Positions 48,842 to 58,759 of a DNA stretch of 64,000 nt are shown here, piece by piece; position 1 is the stretch's first letter; the number at the start of each line of letters is the position of its first letter. The position numbers were made by a program, and so were the translations under genes. The notes under the pieces are model-generated. The model was not told where the DNA came from and searched no databases. It worked only from the letters and a program-made list of their open reading frames with translations. The DNA is from Planctomycetota bacterium (GTDB lineage: Bacteria; Planctomycetota; UBA8108; SXIK01), in assembly GCA_965223845.1 (NCBI GenBank), contig CBDCXR010000004.1, forward strand, positions 6,272,001 through 6,336,000, read 5' to 3'.

Positions 48842-50689
48842 TCACTCGTTCTCGACGCGCGTTAGGCTCGTATCGCGGTACGAACTGAGAAGATCACTCT
48901 TCGAAACCGATCCCACGAGCTTTCGCGACGTGGCGTCCTCGAGAACCGGCAGCCTCTCCGCCGAGCTCCCGGCGAGGAGATCGACGGCCGAGGAGATCGA
49001 GTCGCCGGCGTACACGACGGGGAAGTGGGGATTCATGATGTCCGCGGCGATCACGGTCTCGAGGTGCTCCGACTCGCGGATGAACGCCTTGATCTCGTGA
49101 AGCGAAACCGCGCCGAGGAATCGATCCTCCGCGTCGACGACGTAGAGGCGATCGTGCTCCTTCGGTGTGCGGAGGAACGTGTCGACGACCGTCTCGAACG
49201 GCGCGGCGGCGGCGACGCGGTCGACATCCTTCCGCAGAAAATCGGTGATCGGCGGCTCCTTGAACCAGATCGGCGAGGAGATGTGGGGGAGGTGAATTCC
49301 GCGCCGGCGGAGCGGCTCGGTGAAGAGTGACGTCCGCACGATGAGGCGGCTGATCACTGCGCTCGCGATGCACGCCGTCATGAGGGGCAGGATGATCGAG
49401 TAGCTTCGCGTCATCTCGAAGATCATGAGGATCGAAGTGATCGGTGCCTGCATCGTCCCGGCGATCATCGCACCCATGGCGACGAGGGCGTAGCCTTCCG
49501 CCGGCGCCGTTTGCTCGGGAAGCCACGCGTGAAGCACCGCGCCGAACGTGACGCCGAGCAGCGCTCCGACAAAGAGCGACGGCGTGAAGAGACCGCCGGG
49601 GATGCGGGCGGCGCGGCAGAGTGCGGTGAGGCCGAGCTTGAGGACGAGAATGAGGAGCAGGGTGCGCGCGAGCGGCCAGGTGAGCGAATCCCCGACGAAT
49701 CGTCCCGCGAGCACTTCGTTCACCGTGTCGTAGCCGTTTCCGATCAGCTCCCGAAAGAGGTCGGGGGCGAACAGGCCGACGAAGCCGAGCACCGTCATCG
49801 CGACGATCGCGCGGGATGTTCCCAGCGGGCGAAGCCAGCGGAAGAGATCGTCGAGCCCGGAGAAGACGCGGATCATCGCCGCCGAGACCGCGCCGAGCAC
49901 GGCGCCGAGGAGGAGGTAGAGCGGGATCTCCCACTCGCTTACGAGGGTGTAGGTCTCGAGGAGCGGGGCCGGGATCGTGTACGCCGTCGCGCCGCCGAGG
50001 AGCGCGCGGGCGATCGCCGTCGAGATCACGGCGCAGATGATGATCGGTCCGAAGAGATCGAGGGCGAGTGTTCCGAGGAGGACCTCCATCGCGAAGACGC
50101 TCGCGCCGATCGGGACGTTGTAGGACGCCGCCATCCCGCCCGCCGCGCCGCACGCGAGCAGCGCCTTTACGTGGTGGTCGCGCAGGCGGAACGTCCGTCC
50201 GAACCACGACCCGCACGCCGCGCCGGATCCGATGAGCGCACCCTCCCGTCCGAGCGACGCGCCCGCGCCGACGGCGGCGATCGAGACGATGCCGGTCGCA
50301 ACCGTGGAGAGGAGCGGGATGCGCCCGGCACCGACGGCGAGCGCCTCGATCAGCCCCGAGGTTCCCTCGCGCGGTGGGCTGCGCTCGCGGCGTCGAATGA
50401 GAAAGAGAGCGAGCGCGATGAGTCCCCCGGCGACGGTCGGGACGAGGAACCTCTTCGCAGCGGACGCGCTGCCCGCCGCGCTTCGCACGTCGCTCGAAAC
50501 TCCCCACGCGAGGAGCTCGATCCAGTTGAGGAGATGGACGAGCAGCACCGCGAGGAGCCCGGACGCGACGCCCGTGACGGGGACGAGAAGCCAGTAGCGC
50601 TTTTCTTCGGGAAGGAGTCCGCGGAGCCGCGACGCGAGGATGCGGTCGACGGCGCGGACGATCGAACTCGAAAGCTCGCGGGCGTTCAT
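48842..50689 (-). CDS. ClC chloride channel/antiporter with two CBS domains
   Basis: SLGREG, FAMEV, GGLFTPSL, FEMT motifs; C-terminal CBS pair. Confidence 0.92.
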   Translation of the reverse strand: MNARELSSSIVRAVDRILASRLRGLLPEEKRYWLLVPVTGVASGLLAVLLVHLLNWIELLAWGVSSDVRSAAGSASAAKRFLVPTVAGGLIALALFLIRRRERSPPREGTSGLIEALAVGAGRIPLLSTVATGIVSIAAVGAGASLGREGALIGSGAACGSWFGRTFRLRDHHVKALLACGAAGGMAASYNVPIGASVFAMEVLLGTLALDLFGPIIICAVISTAIARALLGGATAYTIPAPLLETYTLVSEWEIPLYLLLGAVLGAVSAAMIRVFSGLDDLFRWLRPLGTSRAIVAMTVLGFVGLFAPDLFRELIGNGYDTVNEVLAGRFVGDSLTWPLARTLLLILVLKLGLTALCRAARIPGGLFTPSLFVGALLGVTFGAVLHAWLPEQTAPAEGYALVAMGAMIAGTMQAPITSILMIFEMTRSYSIILPLMTACIASAVISRLIVRTSLFTEPLRRRGIHLPHISSPIWFKEPPITDFLRKDVDRVAAAAPFETVVDTFLRTPKEHDRLYVVDAEDRFLGAVSLHEIKAFIRESEHLETVIAADIMNPHFPVVYAGDSISSAVDLLAGSSAERLPVLEDATSRKLVGSVSKSDLLSSYRDTSLTRVENE

Positions 50690-51005
50690 CGGAGACTCGG
50701 TTCCCTCGAAGGGCTCTCCCGCAAGACTCCGCAGAGTCTATCGCGACGCGGTAGGACGAACACTGCGCGGTGAGGCGTCTCGTCGCTTTGCTGACCGAAC
50801 CTGCTGAGACCGCGGGCGATCCTCGCTCGGTGATCGCGATGCGCTCGCAGGCTCGCACGATTCCACGCGCACCGGTCGCGGTCGAGTGACGGCGCTTGCG
50901 GCTCGAGCCGATTCTGACATCGACCAGCGGCCATCGAGACTTGAGGCGCCGAACGTACGATCGAGCTGGAGGGGCTTGCCTCGGCGATGATGCGAACCGG
51001 TCTCC

Positions 51006-51215
51006 TCAAACGCGATGCTCGGCTCGGTGGGCCTGCAGCCCCTCGAGGTGCTTCTCGATGAGCTCCGGCCGGTGCTTCTTGAGCGCGCGCTCGATCTCGT
51101 AGCCGTCGATGCTGCGCTCACCTTCCTTGATGCGCGCCGCGGCCGCTTGGATCCGGGAGGCCGCGTCCTGGAGATCGCGCCAGCCAGCCTCGGCTTCGTC
51201 GTACGGGTTGTCCAT
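51006..51215 (-). CDS. Small helical hypothetical protein
   Basis: 69-aa ORF with genome-like codon usage and amphipathic pattern; no motif recognised. Confidence 0.45.
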   Translation of the reverse strand: MDNPYDEAEAGWRDLQDAASRIQAAAARIKEGERSIDGYEIERALKKHRPELIEKHLEGLQAHRAEHRV

Positions 51216-51505
51216 CGCTGGTCTCGGTCGATTTGGTCGGAATGGGGTCTGGCCGGCCGGAATCTCGGCCGGCCTTCGACAGGATTCTCAATCTCGCTTC
51301 AGTTTCGCCGAAGCGGCGGGCGAGTCAAACGGGGAGCGACCACGCCGACCGTGCGCGGTGGCGACTGGCGAAGCCACCCGCGATCCGGGAGAATCGAAAG
51401 GACGGCCTCGGCGCGCTGGATGCGGGCCGCGGGATCCGTCATCTCTCGGGGAGGCCCGTGCTCCGGCCCTCCCGGCGGACCAAGGCAACCGTAGGTGATC
51501 TGGCG

Positions 51506-52885
51506 ATGAAGACCCGCGAGCGCAGAGTCTCCCCCCTCCGGACGAGGACCCGCGGCGCGGCCGTCGGCGCGGCCGTCGGCGCGGCCGCGTTCGTTTGGGT
51601 GGGCGTGATCGCCGCCGCAGACTCGCTGACCGAAAAGCCGGCGCCGAAGCCGGTCGCCGCCGAGCCCCTCGTGGGCGCGCCGCTCGCGCTCCGCGTTCTC
51701 CCCGAACGCGTGTACACCTCGACGCCGATTCGCCTGCGGCTCGCTCCGCCCGCGGAGCTCGAGCCGGTGGGCGAGATCCGGTGGCGCTGCGAGAGCGGGC
51801 TCCTTCTCTACGACGATCTGCGGGAGGTCGAGTGGAAGCCTCCGTCCGCGTCCGCGAAGGTGCGCGTCAGCGTCGAGTTCACGACGGGCGGCGGAAAACG
51901 CCGGCGGATCGATCGCTCGATCACCGTCCGCGAGCCGTCGACGGACGGGATGGTTTGGGTGCCGCGCGGTGTGTTCCGGCGTGGCGACGTTACCGGAACG
52001 AATCTCCGCGACCAGGACAAGACGGCGCAGAACCTGAGCGACGAACCGGATCACGACGTGAGCCTCGACGGCTACTGGATCGATCGCCATCCGGTGACGA
52101 ACGCTGCGTACTGCGAGTTCCTGAACGATGCGTATCGTCAGGGCCTTGTCGGCGTCGAGGGCGTCGGAGTCTTCGGCGCGTTCGAAGGTGCCTGGACGCC
52201 GTTTTACTACTTTCGTTCGTACGAAGAGCTCGTTGCCGACTTCCTCAAGACCGTGAATCCGCGGACCCCCGATTTTCTCCATCTCATCGGCTGGGACGCG
52301 GAGGCGCGGCGGTTCTTCGTTCGGAAGCCGGAAACCGCACGCTCTCCCGTCGTCGATGTGACGTGGGCCGGTGCGGCGGCGTTCGCGCGATACTACGGCC
52401 GACGACTTCCGACCGAGGCTCAGTGGGAGCGCGCGGCGCGCGGGGACGACGGGCGCCGGTACCCGTGGGGAAACCGCCCGCCGACCGTGTACGACACGAA
52501 CGTCAACTTCCACCGTGGAGTCGACCCGCAGCCGATCGGTTCCTTTCCGGGCGGCGACAGCCCGTTCGGTGTGGCCGACATGGTGTCGGGGTACTTCGAA
52601 TGGTCGGGCGACTGGTTCAACCTGAGCTACTACGACGACCACCGCGCACCCGTTCCCCTCGCGAATCCGACGGGCCCCTTCTGGGGCGAGGCGCACGCGG
52701 TTCGCGGACAGGCGAATGCGGTGTTCTATCCGAGCTCGCTTCTCGATGTCGAAGAGCCGGTGGCGACGCGGTACCACTGGACGTTCGAATTCTTCGTCGG
52801 CGACATGTTCGCGAACTCCGAGACGACGTTTCGGACGGCGTACGTCCCCGGTCCGGATGAACTCCGCTATGAAGATCCGTTCTGA
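51506..52885 (+). CDS. Exported FGE-sulfatase (SUMF1/PvdO/NirV-like) domain protein with N-terminal Ig-like domain
   Basis: MVWVPRG.F..G, PVTN..YCEF, RLPTEAQWERAARG, YPWG, SPFGVADM..EW..DW. Confidence 0.85.
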   Translation: MKTRERRVSPLRTRTRGAAVGAAVGAAAFVWVGVIAAADSLTEKPAPKPVAAEPLVGAPLALRVLPERVYTSTPIRLRLAPPAELEPVGEIRWRCESGLLLYDDLREVEWKPPSASAKVRVSVEFTTGGGKRRRIDRSITVREPSTDGMVWVPRGVFRRGDVTGTNLRDQDKTAQNLSDEPDHDVSLDGYWIDRHPVTNAAYCEFLNDAYRQGLVGVEGVGVFGAFEGAWTPFYYFRSYEELVADFLKTVNPRTPDFLHLIGWDAEARRFFVRKPETARSPVVDVTWAGAAAFARYYGRRLPTEAQWERAARGDDGRRYPWGNRPPTVYDTNVNFHRGVDPQPIGSFPGGDSPFGVADMVSGYFEWSGDWFNLSYYDDHRAPVPLANPTGPFWGEAHAVRGQANAVFYPSSLLDVEEPVATRYHWTFEFFVGDMFANSETTFRTAYVPGPDELRYEDPF

Positions 52886-52957
52886 GAGCGATCTCGCGGA
52901 ACCGGCACCGGTCGATTCCGCTCGAGGTCCGATCCTTCGTCGAGCGTCGCGGGAGCG

Positions 52958-55795
52958 GTGAAGCGGACGATCGAGCCGCGTGGGCGGCGGCGCGCGTGGG
53001 TCGTCGCGGCCATGCTCATCGCCGCCGGCGCGTTTTGCGCGATGCGCGCCGGTTCCGGCGGAGCGCGCGCGGACGCCGAAGGCGGAGCGGCAGGCGGGGA
53101 TCGCGAGAGCGCCGCACGGAACCCGGACCGCGATCCTCACGCGGATCTCAGCTCCGCGGATTTCGCCGGTCCCGAGGCGTGCGGCCGGTGCCACCCGCGC
53201 CAGTACCTCGAGTGGCGGGGATCGGCTCACGCGTACTCAGCGTTCGACCCGATCTTCATCGCGTGCAACCGGCGCGCGCAAGAGGTGACGGACGGCGAGA
53301 TCGGAAAGCTGTGCCTCGGCTGTCACGCCCCGCTCGGCGCGCGGACGGGCGAGCTCTCCCCGCGGTTCGAGAGTCTCGTGGGGCAGTCGCGGGCCGTCGA
53401 AGCGGGCGTTTCCTGCGAAGTCTGTCACCGGATGAAGCCGCCGCTCGAGGGCGAAGAGTTGGGGAACGCGAGCTTCGAGCTCGCCGGTCGCGATGTCGTC
53501 TACGGCCGACTCCTCAACCCCGAGCCGACGACGGCGCACCGGTCGGTCACGAGCGAGTTCATCGGCGAGAGCGCCCATTGCGGCAGCTGTCACGACGTGA
53601 TCCACAACGGTGGCGCGATCGAGAAGGCGTTCGAGGAGTGGTCGAATTCGATCTATCGCGAGCGTGGTCAGAAGTGCCAGGATTGCCACATGCTCCGCTA
53701 CAGCGGCTCGGCCGCCGTCGGCGGTCGATTCCGTCACGAGCTGCGGCGCCACAACTTTCCTGCGGCGTCGATTCCACTCGTCGAGTTTCCGAATCGCGGC
53801 TACCAGTCGGAAGAGGTGCGGAAGATCCTCCGCACGGCCGCTCGTCTCGCGGTGATCGCGCCGGAAGAAGTGCCCGCCGGGGGTGAGCTTCCGCTCACGG
53901 TGCTCGTGCGAAACTCCGGCGCCGGCCACAATCTCCCGACGGGTCTCTCGACGTTTCGACAGATGTGGCTCGAGGTGACCGTGAAGAGCGACGCGGACGA
54001 GGTGCTCTTTCGCTCGGGCGACCTGGACGCAAACGGAGATCTCCGCGATCGGCACAGCGAGCTCGATCCGAACGGCGATGCGGCCCTCGTCTCGTTCAGT
54101 GATCGGTTCTTGGATGCCGAAGGTCGCGAGGTGCGCTTCTTCTACGAGGCCGACCGACTCGTCGAGCATTCGCTCCGGCCACTCGAGGAGCGAAGCTCGC
54201 TCTTTCGCATCGCGCTTCCGACGACCGCGGCCGGCGAACGTGTTCGTGTTCGCGTTCGGCTGCTCTTTCGGTCGTACCCGCCCTACGGGCTGCGGTTTCT
54301 CGGTCTCGACGAACTCACCCGCGAGCTTCCGATCTGGGTGATGGCGAATCACACTTCGGAATGGCTTCCGGTCGTCGAAGCGCTCCGCCGGCGCGAGGAG
54401 TACCGCGTCCCCGGGGATTTCTCGTCGATTCAGGCGGCGATCGACGCCCTCAGCGACGGCGATCGCGTGCTCGTCGCGGCCGGCGAGTACGAGCTCGCCG
54501 CGCCGCTCGATTTTCGCGGGAAGGCGATCGCCGTCGTCGGCGAGGGGATTCATCACGACGCGAAGCTGCGGTTGGCGGAGGCGGCGCGCGAGGGAGACGC
54601 GGCAAGCGTCGTCGTGTTTCGAAGCGGTGAGGGCGCGGACGCGCGACTCGAAGGGTTCACGCTGAGCGGTGGACGCGGAACTCGAGTCGACGGATTCCGT
54701 CAGGGGGGCGGTGTCTACGTCTTTCGCTCCGATCCCTCGATCGTCCGAAATCGCATCGAGGACTGTTCCGCGGCGGGTGGCGTCGGTGGGGGGATCTCCG
54801 TCGACGGAGGACGTCCTCGTGTCGAGGGGAACATCGTGACGCGCTGCCTCGCCGGACGCGGCGGCGCTCTCGCGTACCGCGCCGGTCGGGACGGTGGATG
54901 GGAGCTGACGGGGAACGAGTTCTCTGCGAATCTCGCGGATCGCGGCGGCGCGCTTTACTTCGAGCGCGGCGCGGTCGCATCGGTCGTCCGATCCCTGTTC
55001 AGCGGCAATGTCGCGCGCGACGACGGCGCGACGATCGACGCGGGTGAGGGCGCGAGCGTTCGCGTTGAGCACGCGACGATCGTCTTCGACAGCGTACGCC
55101 CGGTTCCGGCGACGGCGGCGATTCCGCTCGAGGCCGGTGCGCTCGCCGGAAGCGGGGCGATCGTCGTGAGGAACTCCATCGTTTGGTCGAACTCGCCTGG
55201 GCCGGGCTCGGCGGAGTACGAGTACTCGTTCGTCGATGCGGCGGTCGAGGGAGAGCACGTGCGAAAGGAGTTCCCGCTTTTCCGCGACCCTACCGGCGAG
55301 TGGGCGCCGCTCTCGCGCGCGGAGCGAAAAGAAGGCCGTTGGGCCGGCTTTCCCGGCCGCTGGATCGGTGGTGACTACCGTCTGCTGCCCGGGTCACCGG
55401 CGATCGACGCGGGGGACCCGATCGCTGAGCCGGACGCGGATGACAGCCGGAGCGACGCCGGCTTCGAGCCGTTTCCTCAGCCTCTTCGCGGGTACATTCG
55501 CGGGGATGTCGACGGCAACGGAACGGTGGACGTCGCGGACGTCGTTCGGCTCGCACTCGTTCTTCGCGGCGGAGGATCCGCTGGGTCGCGGCCGGTCCGG
55601 TGTCGCGACGCGCTCGACGTCGACGATTCGGGAGCGATCGAGTCGCTCGATCTCGTTCGTCTCGCGGTGCACGTCTTTACGGGGCTTCTTCCGCCGCGTC
55701 CTCCGTTCCCGGCCTGCGGAGTGGACCCGACGCCGGGCGAAGGGCTGTCCTGCCTCGAGAAAGGCGACCCTTGCGTAGACGCGCCTCCGGAGTGA
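52958..55795 (+). CDS. Pentaheme c-type cytochrome (c554-like) fused to parallel beta-helix and dockerin-like domain
   Basis: CGRCH, CLGCH, CEVCH, CGSCH, CQDCH; GAGHNLPTG; VPGDFSSIQAAID and GGG/N.A repeats; RGDVDGNG..D / DVDDSG..D EF-hand pair; PFPACG.DPT tail. Confidence 0.85.
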   Translation: MKRTIEPRGRRRAWVVAAMLIAAGAFCAMRAGSGGARADAEGGAAGGDRESAARNPDRDPHADLSSADFAGPEACGRCHPRQYLEWRGSAHAYSAFDPIFIACNRRAQEVTDGEIGKLCLGCHAPLGARTGELSPRFESLVGQSRAVEAGVSCEVCHRMKPPLEGEELGNASFELAGRDVVYGRLLNPEPTTAHRSVTSEFIGESAHCGSCHDVIHNGGAIEKAFEEWSNSIYRERGQKCQDCHMLRYSGSAAVGGRFRHELRRHNFPAASIPLVEFPNRGYQSEEVRKILRTAARLAVIAPEEVPAGGELPLTVLVRNSGAGHNLPTGLSTFRQMWLEVTVKSDADEVLFRSGDLDANGDLRDRHSELDPNGDAALVSFSDRFLDAEGREVRFFYEADRLVEHSLRPLEERSSLFRIALPTTAAGERVRVRVRLLFRSYPPYGLRFLGLDELTRELPIWVMANHTSEWLPVVEALRRREEYRVPGDFSSIQAAIDALSDGDRVLVAAGEYELAAPLDFRGKAIAVVGEGIHHDAKLRLAEAAREGDAASVVVFRSGEGADARLEGFTLSGGRGTRVDGFRQGGGVYVFRSDPSIVRNRIEDCSAAGGVGGGISVDGGRPRVEGNIVTRCLAGRGGALAYRAGRDGGWELTGNEFSANLADRGGALYFERGAVASVVRSLFSGNVARDDGATIDAGEGASVRVEHATIVFDSVRPVPATAAIPLEAGALAGSGAIVVRNSIVWSNSPGPGSAEYEYSFVDAAVEGEHVRKEFPLFRDPTGEWAPLSRAERKEGRWAGFPGRWIGGDYRLLPGSPAIDAGDPIAEPDADDSRSDAGFEPFPQPLRGYIRGDVDGNGTVDVADVVRLALVLRGGGSAGSRPVRCRDALDVDDSGAIESLDLVRLAVHVFTGLLPPRPPFPACGVDPTPGEGLSCLEKGDPCVDAPPE

Positions 55796-55981
55796 GCATC
55801 GCCCACCGGCCGAACGGGGGAACGTCTCCGCGGATTCGATCGTTGAAGAGGCGGCGGCGCACTCCGGCTGGTTCGCGCCGGCCCGACTCGAACTGAGCTC
55901 GCCGCTCGTATGGGGCGCTCGAAGACGCGCGAGGCGCGAGGGCACCTCCGTTCTCTCTCTTCAGTGAGGTTGACTGTAAAC

Positions 55982-57046
55982 ATGACGAGCGCGATCCCGC
56001 AGCCGCGGACGAGCGAAGGTGCTGACCGATCGACCCAGGAGCTGCGCGCGTATCTCAGCACGTACTACGGACGCGTTCTCGAGCGGACCGAAGACCTCGA
56101 GCAAAAAGCTTGCTGCGCCGACGACACCAAGCGGCGCTACGCCGACGTGATCGATCTCATCCCGACCGAGGTGAAGGCGCGGAACTACGGCTGCGGGTGC
56201 GCCATTCCGCCGGACGACCTCACCGGGCTTCGCATCCTCGATCTCGGTTCGGGCGCGGGTCTCGACGCGTTCATCGCGGCGCGTCTCGTCGGACCGACCG
56301 GGCGCGTGATCGGGGTCGACATGACGGCCGAGCAGCTCGCGATCGCCCGCCGAAATATCGGCCCTGTCATGAAAGCTTACGCCTACGTCGAGCCAAACGT
56401 CGAATTCCACGAGGGATACATCGAAACGGCCGAATCGATTCCGGACGGATCGGTTGATTTGGTGGTCTCGGACTGCGTGATCAACCTGTCTCCGCGCAAG
56501 GACCTCGTGCTGGGGGCGGCTTATCGGGTCCTCGCGGCGGGAGGGGAGCTCTACGTGTCCGATATCGTGGCCGATCGTCACGTCCCCGAGGAGATCCGGA
56601 GTGACCGGAAGCTCGTCGCCGAGTGTCTCGGCGGCGCGCTCTACGAGCACGAGTTCCTCGATACCGTGCGGGACGCGGGCTTTGGCGACCCGCGGATCGT
56701 GACGCGGAGTCTCGTCGAGGAAGACGTCGCCGGAGTGCCGATCCGCTTCTATTCCGTCACTGTGCGTGCGTTCAAGCTCGAGGGCGAGTGGGATCGGCGC
56801 TGCGAGGACTACGGGCAGATCGCGCGCTATCTCGGCAACTGCGAGGCGGCCTCGGCGCGCTTCACTCTCGACGACCACCACGTGTTCGAGGCGGGGCGGC
56901 CGACGGCGGTCTGCCGGAATACGGCGCGCATGCTGTCGGAGACGCGACTCCAGCGCTATTTCGAAGTGACGGCGCCGGGGCGGCACTTGGGGCTCTTCGA
57001 TTGCGGGGGTGGGGAGGACGGAGCGTCGGGCGCGCCGTGCTGTTGA
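55982..57046 (+). CDS. arsM: Arsenite S-adenosylmethyltransferase (AS3MT-like)
   Basis: YYG..L....DL...ACC, NYGCG, LDLGSGAG.D, SDCVINL, ECLGGAL, CEDYGQ, VCRNTARML, terminal CC. Confidence 0.82.
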   Translation: MTSAIPQPRTSEGADRSTQELRAYLSTYYGRVLERTEDLEQKACCADDTKRRYADVIDLIPTEVKARNYGCGCAIPPDDLTGLRILDLGSGAGLDAFIAARLVGPTGRVIGVDMTAEQLAIARRNIGPVMKAYAYVEPNVEFHEGYIETAESIPDGSVDLVVSDCVINLSPRKDLVLGAAYRVLAAGGELYVSDIVADRHVPEEIRSDRKLVAECLGGALYEHEFLDTVRDAGFGDPRIVTRSLVEEDVAGVPIRFYSVTVRAFKLEGEWDRRCEDYGQIARYLGNCEAASARFTLDDHHVFEAGRPTAVCRNTARMLSETRLQRYFEVTAPGRHLGLFDCGGGEDGASGAPCC

Positions 57047-57079
57047 GCGAGCGCAGACGCGCTCGGACCAGGTGCGCGT

Positions 57080-57175
57080 CGCGTCATAGGACGTGGTCTT
57101 GCCGGCGCCGTTGGGGCCGGCGATGACGATAACGATCGGCCGCTCGTCGAGCCCCGGACGAGACTCCTCGGTCAC
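57080..57175 (-). pseudogene. Truncated zeta-toxin/AAA ATPase (N-terminus only)
   Basis: GTG-TEESRPGLDERPIVIVIAGPNGAGKTT, similarity ends just after the Walker A motif. Confidence 0.7.
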
Positions 57176-57500
57176 GGTTGCGCCTGGAAGACTCGCTGAA
57201 CGAACCGTCCCACCGTTTTCGTGCCGTCGGCGTCGATGCGGACCAGCCACCCGGGATGGTCTGCCCGGCGACGAGACGGCGACCCTCAGGCGAGTCGACG
57301 CTCGCGATCGCGGCCGAGATCGGTCTGGCGGCGCCCGAGGGCTTCAGGGCCAGCGCGCGTTCGCCACGGAGTAGAGTCTCGAGCGCGCGCCCGAGTTGCG
57401 CCCAGAATTCGATCGGGCCGGCGATGGATCGCTCGGCGATCTCGGCGGCGGGGCGAGCGTCGAGGACGAGTTCGTCGGCGAGCTTGACGGGTTGGCTCCT
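57172..57500 (-). pseudogene. Decayed ParD-like antitoxin
   Basis: SQPVKLADELVLDAR....RSIAG.IEFWAQLGRA; AGG where ATG is expected (57498-57500); frameshift near 57260, after which HPGWLVRIDADGTKTVGRF continues in another frame to a GTGA overlap with the ATPase remnant. Confidence 0.65.
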
Positions 57501-57723
57501 ACCGAAGGGCAGCATCTTGCTACCTCGATCTCCGGGACTCTGGGCTGAGGATCTCTCAGAGTCCTTTTCTGTAGCAACTTAAGGTGGCTCGCCGAGTCCG
57601 CGGTCCCCGCCCCGGCACGGTGTACTTCAGGAGCGGGCGACGCAACTCCAGCCGTGTCGACAACGTCTTAGATACGAGAACGCATCCGAGCACGGTAGCT
57701 GCGAGCCGAGGAAACGAGACGTC

Positions 57724-58305
57724 GTGGAGACTGAAGCAGAGCATCGCTTTCCGGTCCGGCCAGTCCTGCGGAGCGCGCTTGTCGCGATCCTGATTCTGAT
57801 TCGCGTCTGGTTCGCGGCACCTTCTCTGTCCCGAGGGACGAGTACGAACTGCTGGGATGCGGGCCGATCGTTCACCGCAAACGCGGGCGTCTACCTCTCC
57901 CTCCACGTCAGCGCTGGCGGCGGCCTACCTGGTACCGGGGTTCCGCCCGACGAGAATGCGTTCCCCGAGCTCTACGAAGAAGTGTTGCGGTCGATTCGCG
58001 CCGATTGGAACCCGCGGGAATTCCTTTTCGTTCCGGGCGAGGAGGGGCTAGTCCGCGCGTCCGACGAACAGTTAGACGATCCGACCTGGCCCAAGTATCT
58101 CGTCGACCAGTACGGCAATCCGATTTGGTATCGCGTGCGTGACGGTCGCGCCGAGCTCTGGTGTACGGGTCCGGACGGGAAGAGCGACCCGTTCGGGGAG
58201 AGTTCCGACGACTCTGTCCGAATCTTCAGATTCGATCCGGCGAGCGGGCCACTGCCGCTCGATCCCGAGATGCGGCGCGACGAACCGGGCGCTACTACGC
58301 ATTAG
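57724..58305 (+). CDS. Hypothetical membrane-anchored protein with GspG-like C-terminal motif
   Basis: N-terminal TM; LVDQYGNPIWY......LWCTGPDG..D. Confidence 0.55.
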   Translation: METEAEHRFPVRPVLRSALVAILILIRVWFAAPSLSRGTSTNCWDAGRSFTANAGVYLSLHVSAGGGLPGTGVPPDENAFPELYEEVLRSIRADWNPREFLFVPGEEGLVRASDEQLDDPTWPKYLVDQYGNPIWYRVRDGRAELWCTGPDGKSDPFGESSDDSVRIFRFDPASGPLPLDPEMRRDEPGATTH

Positions 58306-58323
58306 CAGGTGTGCCGATGCCCC

Positions 58324-58759
58324 TCAATTGCGCGGGACAACGTAGCGACGAGTGCTGACCTTCTCGAGTCGATCGACGGAAAGGTGGACGCTCCGAGCGG
58401 CGTTCTCGAACGCGGCGAACTGGCGTTTCACCTGCTCCTGACGCTCGGGGTCCCTCCATGCCGTCCGCAAGTACTCGACTGCCGTTCGCGCACGCTCTGC
58501 GATCTCCGCGTCCGAAATCGACGGCGATCAGCGATCGCAGGCTCTCGGCGATGCGTGGCTCCAAGTCGCCGTTGTCTTGACTGAAAAGCCGCTCGAAAGT
58601 CTGATCGTCCACCCGGACCGGCGTGCTGCCGGGGCCGAAGAACACGCGGTACGCGCAACAAACGGCGACGATGACGGCTGCGATTCCGAGCGCGAGGGGC
58701 GCGAATCTGCGAACTCCACCGGAGGATCGTCTCGTCGTGTCGGCGTCTCTCGGCATCAC
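58324..58759 (-). pseudogene. Hypothetical single-TM protein with apparent frameshift near 58515
   Basis: Protein-like sequence to ...LRSLIAVD, then continues in a shifted frame as SDAEIAERARTAVEYLRTAW...VVPRN* (stop 58324-58326). Confidence 0.4.

Noticed and set aside
51553-51588. 12-bp tandem repeat GGCGCGGCCGTC
   Set aside because: In-frame GAAV repeat within a signal/TM region; ordinary slippage.
57044-57066. arsM TGA followed by hairpin CGAGCGC-AGAC-GCGCTCG as a possible second Sec/SECIS
   Set aside because: The loop is only about 9 nt from the UGA, the protein already ends in the usual CC, and read-through runs into the antisense TA remnant.
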